Of a stretch of 32,000 nt of DNA, positions 17,645 through 26,933 are shown piece by piece (the first letter of the stretch is position 1; each line of letters begins with the position of its first letter). Made by a program: the position numbers and the translations under genes. Source of the DNA: Candidatus Nanopusillus sp. (lineage in GTDB: Archaea; Nanobdellota; Nanobdellia; Nanobdellales; Nanobdellaceae); assembly GCA_049414405.1 (NCBI GenBank), contig JBMSAQ010000008.1, positions 1-32,000 of the forward strand, in the 5' to 3' direction. A model generated the notes under the pieces. It searched no databases. It worked only from the letters and a program-made list of their open reading frames with translations, and was not told the origin of the DNA.

Positions 17645-19138
17645 TTATTCAATATTATAATATTTCAAAACACTCTCTTTATTATAATAATACATTTGTA
17701 CAATTTTACTAAATGTTTGAAAATCCGAAATATTTAATTCGGACAATCTATATAGTAATTTTGCTCTTGTAAGATATTCTTCATATAGTTCTTTATACAT
17801 TATTCCATACTCATTTTCAATTAACCTAAATAGGTATTTTTTAGGATTTTCCAAATATTTCCTTTTAAAAGGATTCCATTTATACGCAATATTAAATTTA
17901 TTGTATTTTATAATTTCATTAATTTCTTTAATCCTCCTTAGGTTTGTTCCAAGAAAATTGTCGTGTTGCATTATTACGACAACATTTAATAGTTCAATTA
18001 ACGTTGGAGATAAATTTATTGGTTGTGTTGTTAATCTACTTGTTAGTGCTCTTGTATTTTCGGCATGCATTGTTGATAAAGAAGAATGACCAGAAGCCAT
18101 TCCTTGGAACATTACGTATGCTTCTTCTCCTCTTACTTCTCCAACAATTACATAATCTGGTCTTTGTCTGAAGGACATTCTTAATAACTCAAACATATCA
18201 ATTTCTCTATTTTTATCAGAAGAATATTTTACTACAGAGGGGATCCAATTAGAATGACATAATCTTATCTCTCTTGTATCTTCAATTGAAACAATTCTAG
18301 CGCTTGGTGGTATGAACATTGATATTGCATTTAACATTGTTGTTTTTCCAGAAGCTGTACCTCCTATTATGATTATATTTTTTCTAAATTCTACAGCTAG
18401 CCATAAATATGCAAATATCTCCGGAGTTGCGCTTCCCAATCTTATTAATTCTATGGGAGTCCATGGAATTTCTCTAAATTTTCTTATTGTAAATGTTGGA
18501 CCATGCGTAGTAATTTCTTGCGAATATGTTGCATTTACCCTCGATCCATCAGGTAATGTTGCATCTAAAATTGGCTCCGCATATGATATATGTTTTCCAG
18601 CTCTTAATGCAAATTTTTCAATTAGATCTCTAATTTCTTTATCATTTAAAATTATGTTAGTCCTTAAATTTCCAAAGTGTCTGTGAACAATAAATATTGG
18701 ATAGCCTGGACCAGAACATTCAATATCCTCAATTAATGGGTCTCTTAACAAAGAATCTACTTTATTGTATCCATAAAGATCTCTAAAAATATAATAAAAT
18801 ATTTTTTCATAAGAAGATTGTCCTAATTCTATTCCTAAATCATTTAATACAAAATCATATAATCTTTGTAAATAATTTATAACATCATTTAAATTATTTA
18901 TTTCAGATAATTTAATATATAATAATTTTTCAATATAAAAAATTATGTTTTTATAAATTTTTTCTTCATTTTCAGTTAATTTTGGCTCTATTATTTCATA
19001 TATAATATCATATGTACTTCTATCAAAATATATATGTGCATATGAAAAAGGCTCTATAATTGGATAAGTTATATTAGTTTCAAATTTATTCTTAGGTACA
19101 TTTATTTTTATATCATTAATAAATCTGATGTTTATCAT
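17645..19138 (-). CDS. flaI: FlaI/ArlI-type secretion ATPase (archaellum / type IV pilus assembly ATPase)
   Basis: N-terminal YPIIEPFSYAHI...YEIIEPKLTENEE. Walker A GGTASGKTT. IVSIEDTREI, YVIVGEVRGEEAY, and GHSSLSTMHA His box. Confidence 0.85.
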   Translation of the reverse strand: MINIRFINDIKINVPKNKFETNITYPIIEPFSYAHIYFDRSTYDIIYEIIEPKLTENEEKIYKNIIFYIEKLLYIKLSEINNLNDVINYLQRLYDFVLNDLGIELGQSSYEKIFYYIFRDLYGYNKVDSLLRDPLIEDIECSGPGYPIFIVHRHFGNLRTNIILNDKEIRDLIEKFALRAGKHISYAEPILDATLPDGSRVNATYSQEITTHGPTFTIRKFREIPWTPIELIRLGSATPEIFAYLWLAVEFRKNIIIIGGTASGKTTMLNAISMFIPPSARIVSIEDTREIRLCHSNWIPSVVKYSSDKNREIDMFELLRMSFRQRPDYVIVGEVRGEEAYVMFQGMASGHSSLSTMHAENTRALTSRLTTQPINLSPTLIELLNVVVIMQHDNFLGTNLRRIKEINEIIKYNKFNIAYKWNPFKRKYLENPKKYLFRLIENEYGIMYKELYEEYLTRAKLLYRLSELNISDFQTFSKIVQMYYYNKESVLKYYNIE

Positions 19139-19180
19139 AATAAAAGATTAATATGTTCTAGAATATATAAACTATTCATA

Positions 19181-20560
19181 ATGATTAATAAAAATATTTT
19201 AATAAACTTAGAAAAAAACATAGAAGAAATAGAAAGATATATTAATAAACTAAAAAATATTGTAAGGGAAATAAAAAGAAAGGAAGAGATAAAAAAATAT
19301 TTTTATAGATTATACTTAGACGGTCATTTTGATGAAAAAGAATATAAAAGAAGGATAACAATAGTTGAAAAGAAAATAAAGTATTTAGAAAGATCTAAAT
19401 ATTTAATATTGTATGATTTAATTAATTTAATAAATAATAGCCAAAAAATAATAAAATTTTTAAAGAATATAGAAGGAAAAAGTAAGGAAGAAAACAAAAA
19501 TATTCAATACTATCAAATGAAGATAAATGATACAATAAATTATATTAATAGGGTTTATCCCGATATATTCAAGAAAGAGGAGATAAAAATTAGTAAAAGA
19601 TTTGTTGAAGCATCAACTATATTATCTAAAAAGAAAGAAGAAAAAAAGAAAAAAATAAAACATAAATTAAAACTAACTAAAGAACATAAAATAGATTATT
19701 ATCAAGAGATTAAAAATATGTTAATAAGATTTTCATATAAAATATTTGGAAGTTTATCTAGAAAAATTTTAAATAGTAATCCAAAATTATATTTCTACTT
19801 AAAATATTCATTGAGGAAAGCTTATTATAATATAGAACCTGATGAATTATTATCTGCCATATTTTTATTTTCATCAATTATAATTCTTATTTCAATGTTT
19901 GTTTCATTATACTTTTTAAATATTTTCTATTTAATTTATGGTGTATTAATATTTTTGTTTGTGATGGGATTGCTTATTTCATATTTTAATTATAAAAAGC
20001 AAAGTATAGTAGAGGATATAAATAGAAATTTACCATTTGCTATAATACATATGGCCTCATTAGCAGATGCTGGAATAGAAATAAAGTATACAATAAAAAT
20101 AATAAGTGAAACTGAAGAATATGGATATTTATCTAAAGAATTTAAAAAAATATACGATAAAATAAATTTGGGAAGAGGGTTGGTGGAATCCTTAAGATCT
20201 GTTGCTGATGATACATTATCAAAAGATCTAAAAGATTTTTTAGAAGAATTAATATTGACTATTACATCTGGAAGAAAGATATCGGAATTTTTAATACTGT
20301 ATTCTCAGCAGGAAATGATAAGATATAATGCGTTTTTAAGGAGAACTAATCAGATAATGAAAACATTTTCAGATTTATATGTGGGGATGGTATTAACAAT
20401 CCCAATGATAATAATATCTATTGGAGTAATGTTATTATCAATAATGCAGCAAACTTATAATATAAATATTCGCGGAATATTAGAAATAATTACATATGTA
20501 GGGTTACCAATCATTAATGTTGGCTTTATGATATTATTCAATAAATTAACGAAAGAATGA
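19181..20560 (+). CDS. FlaJ/TadC-type platform protein, first T2SSF repeat, with a ~180-aa K/E-rich coiled-coil N-terminal extension
   Basis: TM pair at aa ~225-270, cytoplasmic helical T2SSF-like domain (LPFAIIHMASLADAGIE...) and terminal TM helices. Its stop overlaps the next ATG (ATGA). Confidence 0.75.
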   Translation: MINKNILINLEKNIEEIERYINKLKNIVREIKRKEEIKKYFYRLYLDGHFDEKEYKRRITIVEKKIKYLERSKYLILYDLINLINNSQKIIKFLKNIEGKSKEENKNIQYYQMKINDTINYINRVYPDIFKKEEIKISKRFVEASTILSKKKEEKKKKIKHKLKLTKEHKIDYYQEIKNMLIRFSYKIFGSLSRKILNSNPKLYFYLKYSLRKAYYNIEPDELLSAIFLFSSIIILISMFVSLYFLNIFYLIYGVLIFLFVMGLLISYFNYKKQSIVEDINRNLPFAIIHMASLADAGIEIKYTIKIISETEEYGYLSKEFKKIYDKINLGRGLVESLRSVADDTLSKDLKDFLEELILTITSGRKISEFLILYSQQEMIRYNAFLRRTNQIMKTFSDLYVGMVLTIPMIIISIGVMLLSIMQQTYNINIRGILEIITYVGLPIINVGFMILFNKLTKE

Positions 20561-21381
20561 GAGAGGAAATAATTATTATGCTTATTATTATAATTCTTAT
20601 ATTTTTATTATATTTAATATTCAATTTTAGTATTTTAAATTCAATTGTAACTGGGATAGTGGTCGGCATATTTCCTTATTTAATCTATCAAACAATTGTT
20701 AATAATATAGAAAAAGAAAAAGAAGAACAATTTATTAGATTTTCAGTAGATTTAATCGGATTATTGAAATCTGGATTATCACTGCCAATTGCATTAAAAC
20801 AATTGGAAAAAAACGATTATGGAAGAATTAATGAATTAGTAAAAAACCTATCATCTAGAATTGACTGGGGTATTAGTATTGAAGACTCATTTACTCAATT
20901 TGCAGAAGAAAGTAATAATAGAATGATTAAAAGAACAATACAATCTTTAGTAGATATATATAAGAAAGGAGGGAATCTTGAACAGGGTTTGGAAGCAATT
21001 ATAAATAGTATAATGGAGATTAGAAAAATAAAGGAAGATAAAAAGGTAGCAATGCATGAAAATATAATTCATTCATATATTGTATTTGTGTTTTTCTTAG
21101 GTATAGTATTTACATTTCAAATATTTTTATTACCTTTTTTACAAATTTCATTACCAGAACAATCATCAAATATTGATTTTGGCTTTATTAATGATCTAAT
21201 GTATTATATATCAATAATTCAGGCAGTTTTTGCTGGATTGTCAATGGGAAAGATGTATGATGGTTCATATAAAGCAGGAGCAAAATATATAGCAATATTT
21301 TTATTCATGGTTATAATACTATTTAACATTATAATTCCAATTGTTCCAAAAGGTATGTTTTTAGTGAATATAAATATGTAA
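20557..21381 (+). CDS. FlaJ/TadC-type platform protein, second T2SSF repeat as a separate ORF
   Basis: N-terminal TM pair, cytoplasmic domain (FSVDLIGLLKSGLSLPIALKQL...GGNLEQGLEAI) and C-terminal TM helices. 4-nt ATGA overlap with the upstream ORF. Confidence 0.75.
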   Translation: MREEIIIMLIIIILIFLLYLIFNFSILNSIVTGIVVGIFPYLIYQTIVNNIEKEKEEQFIRFSVDLIGLLKSGLSLPIALKQLEKNDYGRINELVKNLSSRIDWGISIEDSFTQFAEESNNRMIKRTIQSLVDIYKKGGNLEQGLEAIINSIMEIRKIKEDKKVAMHENIIHSYIVFVFFLGIVFTFQIFLLPFLQISLPEQSSNIDFGFINDLMYYISIIQAVFAGLSMGKMYDGSYKAGAKYIAIFLFMVIILFNIIIPIVPKGMFLVNINM

Positions 21382-21383
21382 AA

Positions 21384-21794
21384 TTATTTCTTTGCTTTCA
21401 TAAACTTAGAGGATTTGGAAGCACCGATACCCGGTGCTGAGTGTTGAACTTTCTTCGTTGTATATACAAATTCTCCCAACCTTCTTCCGATCATTTCTGG
21501 TTTTATTTCAAATTCAACAAATTCTTTTCCATTATATATCCCAACTTTCGCACCAACAATTGAAGGTAGTATTACTATTTCTCTTGCGTGTGTTTTTACC
21601 GTTTTCTTATATTTTCCTTGTAATTGTAAATAACATTTTCTATAGAAATTTTCCCATTCTGGTGGAAATCCAATTTTTAATCTCCTCAATAATGTTCTCC
21701 TTGTCCTACTATCCGCAACCTTTTGAGCAAAATCTTCAATACTCATACTTTTTAATTGATTCAATGTATACCCTCTGATCATGAATTCTGGCAT
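21384..21794 (-). CDS. rps19: 30S ribosomal protein S19 (uS19)
   Basis: KTHAREIVILPSIVGAKVGIYNGKEFVEFEIKPEMIGRRLGEFVYTTKKVQHSAPGIGASKSSKF. Confidence 0.92.
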   Translation of the reverse strand: MPEFMIRGYTLNQLKSMSIEDFAQKVADSRTRRTLLRRLKIGFPPEWENFYRKCYLQLQGKYKKTVKTHAREIVILPSIVGAKVGIYNGKEFVEFEIKPEMIGRRLGEFVYTTKKVQHSAPGIGASKSSKFMKAKK

Positions 21795-21817
21795 TATTTA
21801 TATTTAATGTATAATTT

Positions 21818-22315
21818 TTATAAATAATATTTTGAAAGGTAATCCAAGATATTTTTTATGCCAAAAACATATTTTTCTTTCATAGAAATTATTTCATATA
21901 TAAAGTTTAACATATCTTTATAATCTGTAAATATGTAGGGTTTTTTATTCAAATATTTTGATATATAATATTCTGAAATATTATATCCAATATTATAAAA
22001 ATATTTATTGTTTTTTTGAATTAAATATTTGTATTTTTCTTCTTTTTTATAATTATATGATAAAAAAGATAAAAATACACCTTCTATTGGTAATATTAAT
22101 ATCGAATTTTCCTTTATTTCAATTTCTTCAATTTTTCTATATATATTTAAATTAATTTTAAATTCCATATTGAATTTTTTATCTATTTTATTTATTATAT
22201 CTAAAACAAAATCTTTTGTATTAGATTCTAACGCAATTATGTTTATATTAGAATTCTTTTTGAATTTTTTTGAAATTCTGATTTCTTTTTTTGTCAGTTT
22301 TTCATATATATTCAT
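21818..22315 (-). CDS. Hypothetical protein (165 aa), translationally coupled to ArcTGT
   Basis: Its ATG overlaps the ArcTGT stop by 4 nt. N/K/Y-rich. Not recognisable as the ArcTGT C2/PUA domains. Confidence 0.45.
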   Translation of the reverse strand: MNIYEKLTKKEIRISKKFKKNSNINIIALESNTKDFVLDIINKIDKKFNMEFKINLNIYRKIEEIEIKENSILILPIEGVFLSFLSYNYKKEEKYKYLIQKNNKYFYNIGYNISEYYISKYLNKKPYIFTDYKDMLNFIYEIISMKEKYVFGIKNILDYLSKYYL

Positions 22316-23520
22316 TTTACATTTTTAAATGAGTTAAAAGGATATATATAATCAAATAAATCTTCAATATCTTTTTTATCAACTCTTTCATTTATTCTTT
22401 CTAACGCTCTTTTAACATCTGCTCTGATTTCATTCAATTCTCCGCCATAAAATATTCCAGATCTTTTTCTTATTGGTTCTAAAGATTTCAAATAATTATA
22501 ATATTTTCCTAGGATTAACTTTGTTGCTTTATATAACGAATAATGGGTATGTGCCTTAATTAATATTAAATCTGTTAAATATTCATTTTTTATAGCATCT
22601 TTTGCAATTTCTATTTCTTTAATTAAGTTATATAAATTGTGTTCTGCTAATATTCTTATTAATTCTTCATTATTATAATCTTTTATTTCTTCTATGTGAT
22701 ATATTTTGTTTTTTGTTTCAATATAGAAATTTTTTATTTCATCATATCTAAATGTACCATATGGTGTTAATATTCTTTTATCTTTAGCAAATAATACATA
22801 TGAGGCAGAATCAAATATATCAAATCCTAAATATATTGATAGTGGAATTATTAATGTATGACCCATTCCAAATAGATGAATGGGTTTATTGAACGGTAAT
22901 AAAAGCTTCGGTTCAATTGTCAATTCTAATAGCTTATAAAAATTATATTTTATCATGTATGGGACGATTGTACCGATTGCAAATATATCTACATTCAAGT
23001 TTTTTACATATTCGGCAGCTTTTCTTCTTAAGTCAATATAAACCCCGCCTTGTATTGCTCCATTAATCAATTTATCTCCTTTTAATTCTATTCCTTCTTT
23101 TATTCTTTCAATAGTAATATTTAATTCTTTTTCAGCTTCTTCTTTCGATTTATCGATATCTGTTGGTATATCTAGAACATTTAATATATCTGAGTTTATT
23201 TTTATTTGATATTCAATAATTTCTCTATTTGTTATTTCTAAATCTTTTTTATAATGTAACATTTGATATGATCCAGAGTCTGTTTCAATAATACCGTCGA
23301 AATTTAAGAATTTATGTATATTACCTTCAAACTTTTTTCTATATAAAATATATGCATTTGTAATTATTGCATCAATTTTGTATTTTTTTATTATATCTAT
23401 CGGTAAAATATTTTTATACGGATTTATGACCGGTAAAAGTGTGGGCGTCTCTAATTTTTTATTTTTATATTTAATAATTCCTATTCTTCCAGCCCCATCT
23501 CTATATTTTATTTCAAACAT
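22312..23520 (-). CDS. tgtA: Archaeosine tRNA-guanine transglycosylase, catalytic (TIM-barrel) part only; C2/PUA domains absent
   Basis: ETDSGSYQ, HLFGMGHT, FDIFDSASY and AEHNLYNL. 402 aa versus ~580-650 aa for full-length ArcTGT. Confidence 0.85.
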   Translation of the reverse strand: MFEIKYRDGAGRIGIIKYKNKKLETPTLLPVINPYKNILPIDIIKKYKIDAIITNAYILYRKKFEGNIHKFLNFDGIIETDSGSYQMLHYKKDLEITNREIIEYQIKINSDILNVLDIPTDIDKSKEEAEKELNITIERIKEGIELKGDKLINGAIQGGVYIDLRRKAAEYVKNLNVDIFAIGTIVPYMIKYNFYKLLELTIEPKLLLPFNKPIHLFGMGHTLIIPLSIYLGFDIFDSASYVLFAKDKRILTPYGTFRYDEIKNFYIETKNKIYHIEEIKDYNNEELIRILAEHNLYNLIKEIEIAKDAIKNEYLTDLILIKAHTHYSLYKATKLILGKYYNYLKSLEPIRKRSGIFYGGELNEIRADVKRALERINERVDKKDIEDLFDYIYPFNSFKNVK

Positions 23521-23548
23521 TATTCTATAATATAAGAAAATTTTATTT

Positions 23549-23562
23549 GGGGATTGCAGCGG

Positions 23563-23565
<3 letters not shown>
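23549..23565 (-). other. 3' strand of the 16S pre-rRNA processing stem (pairs with 25105-25124)
   Basis: Sense AUUCCGCUGCAAUCCCC pairs with leader GGGG-AUA-AUUGCAGCGGAAU: 13 bp, a 3-nt bulge, then 4 bp. Confidence 0.8.
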
Positions 23566-25058
<1,493 letters not shown>

Positions 25059-25133
25059 TCGGCGGATTTCCGCCGCGGGCCTAGCCCGAAAAGTACGGCC
25101 GCAGATTCCGCTGCAATTATCCCCTTTCAGATA

Positions 25134-25165
25134 TTCTCTACATATGTGCCATGTACATCATATAC
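25134..25165 (-). promoter_or_regulatory. Putative 16S rRNA promoter module: GTATATGAT (25165 down to 25157), then N15, then GTAGAGAA (25141 down to 25134)
   Basis: Same blocks and near-identical spacing as upstream of the 23S gene. The TATA-like block lies at the centre of the 35-nt palindrome. Confidence 0.5.
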
Positions 25166-25182
25166 TATATGATGTACATGGC
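25148..25182. repeat. 35-nt perfect palindrome (17-bp arms, 1-nt centre)
   Basis: gccatgtacatcatata-c-tatatgatgtacatggc. The arms are exact reverse complements. Confidence 0.9.
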
Positions 25183-25226
25183 TATACTAACAAAATATGC
25201 TATAATATTTTTAAAAATTTTAATAT

Positions 25227-25343
25227 CTATAAGGCTCTCATTCTAGCTAGTTTTCTCAGCCTTTTTTCTTCCCTAATTCTTCTTCTTTGCCATTTCCATC
25301 TAGATCTTAAATATTTTTTCCATCTCCTTGAACTTCTTCTCAT
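25227..25343 (-). CDS. rpl41e: 50S ribosomal protein L41e (38 aa; absent from the ORF track)
   Basis: Hand translation of the - strand: MRRSSRRWKKYLRSRWKWQRRRIREEKRLRKLARMRAL. The RSSRRWKK...RWKW...RR pattern is typical of archaeal eL41. Confidence 0.8.
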   Translation of the reverse strand: MRRSSRRWKKYLRSRWKWQRRRIREEKRLRKLARMRAL

Positions 25344-25376
25344 TTAAATATAATAAGTGACGATAATATTTTTAAA

Positions 25377-26357
25377 TTATGATAGAACAGTTATACTATT
25401 TATAAGTCCAATAGCAATACCTAAAGAAATTAACAAAATTCCAACCCATTTCGGTATTCTTGCTTTATATGAAGCTATGTATAAAATCATGACAGAAATT
25501 AATAAAACTAAAAATGATGAAATAATTGGTATAACATCTTCATTAGAGAATTTTATTGGATAAACCATTCCAAGAATTCCAGTAAATATTGTAAAACTTG
25601 CAATTGCTTCTCCCGAGATTGATGCCATACTAATATTGAGATCTTTATTTTTAAACCAAGCAAAATGACCATATAATATATCGGGTAATGTGAATAAAAC
25701 CAAAGCCATAGCATAACCAATCAATGGTATGGATAAGTCTAATTGTTGTAAGGTGTTTGAGATATTATTTAAAATACCTCCACCAACATATATTATCGAT
25801 ATTGCTAGAGCAATTTCCAAGGAGAAAACTATTGCTTTAAAATATTCATAAAATGAACTTTTCGTTATATATGTAGTATTTTCATTCCTTTTCCAATACT
25901 TATAAAATAAAAATATTGAAATTATAATGAATATAGCGTATAAAATAGATCCAAAAAGAAAATTTATCTCTTTAAACATTAATACAATAACATGTGCTAT
26001 TATTGAAATCATAATTAAGGAGAGTACATTACTGTCAAGCATTCCCTTTCCAAAATTGAATGCTAATATAAATGCACCTAGGGCAATCGTATAATCTAAT
26101 ACTACATTATATAATAAAAAATAATACCCCAACTTTGAATTTTCAGATAATGCTAATGATAAGGCTGGTAAAAATGATTGCAAAGCAGAAGCCATTCCTG
26201 CTGTATATATTAATAAATAATGTTTTGGCAATGCAGAATAGTATTTTGAATATTTATCAACGTATTTTAATATAATATTTTCGGATAAATATATTAAAAA
26301 AGCGTATATAAGTAAAGGTATGAATGTTGATATGATAATTATTGAATAAATTGTCAT
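25377..26357 (-). CDS. Polytopic integral membrane protein (~10 TM) with an apparent two-fold internal repeat; possible cation transporter
   Basis: 326 aa and hydrophobic throughout. Similar segments GMASALQSFLPAL and MASISGEAIASFTIF occur in the two halves. Family not resolved. Confidence 0.55.
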   Translation of the reverse strand: MTIYSIIIISTFIPLLIYAFLIYLSENIILKYVDKYSKYYSALPKHYLLIYTAGMASALQSFLPALSLALSENSKLGYYFLLYNVVLDYTIALGAFILAFNFGKGMLDSNVLSLIMISIIAHVIVLMFKEINFLFGSILYAIFIIISIFLFYKYWKRNENTTYITKSSFYEYFKAIVFSLEIALAISIIYVGGGILNNISNTLQQLDLSIPLIGYAMALVLFTLPDILYGHFAWFKNKDLNISMASISGEAIASFTIFTGILGMVYPIKFSNEDVIPIISSFLVLLISVMILYIASYKARIPKWVGILLISLGIAIGLINSITVLS

Positions 26358-26393
26358 AAAAGATTAATAATTATAAAGGTTTAATAATCTTTT

Positions 26394-26909
26394 ATGGATG
26401 ATTGTGTATACTGTAAAATCGCAAATAAAATATCACCATCCTACATTTTATATGAAGACAGTGATATTATATGTGTATTAGATATTTTGCCACCATCAAA
26501 AGGGTCTTTTTTAATATTTCCAAAATTACATATAGAGGATTATACAATTTTAAGTGATGAAATAAATCAAAAAATGATTACGATTGCAAAATATATATCA
26601 ATAATATTGAAAAATAAATTGAAATTTGACGGATTAAATATTTTATTATACTCTGGAGAAACTGGTCAAAGATACAAACATATTGTTGTTCAAGTAATAT
26701 CTAGGTTTAAAGATGATAACATTAGAATATCTTTCAATAGATTTAGAGAAGATTCCTCTTTTTTAGAAGAATTAAAAAATTATATAACTGCAGAATTAAT
26801 AAAAATGAGTCAGAGCTATTTAAGTTCTGAAAAAAAGGAAGAAAAGAAAGAAACTAAAAAGGATATGGATTATAAATTATTAAACCAGTGGTTTGAAAAA
26901 AGAATATAA
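26394..26909 (+). CDS. HIT-fold protein with a degenerate histidine triad, plus a K/E-rich tail
   Basis: CVYCKIANKISPSYILYEDSDIICVLDILPPSKGSFLIFPK matches the HIT N-terminal pattern. The triad position reads HIVVQVI (26679-26699) instead of HxHxHxx. Confidence 0.7.
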   Translation: MDDCVYCKIANKISPSYILYEDSDIICVLDILPPSKGSFLIFPKLHIEDYTILSDEINQKMITIAKYISIILKNKLKFDGLNILLYSGETGQRYKHIVVQVISRFKDDNIRISFNRFREDSSFLEELKNYITAELIKMSQSYLSSEKKEEKKETKKDMDYKLLNQWFEKRI

Positions 26910-26933
26910 ATAAATATTTCAAAAAATTATTTT

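Noticed and set aside
25144-25563. Track ORFs 25144-25347 (+) and 25357-25563 (+)
   Set aside because: The first spans the promoter palindrome and is antisense to a clear eL41 gene. The second is antisense to the 326-aa membrane protein gene. Neither has protein-like features.
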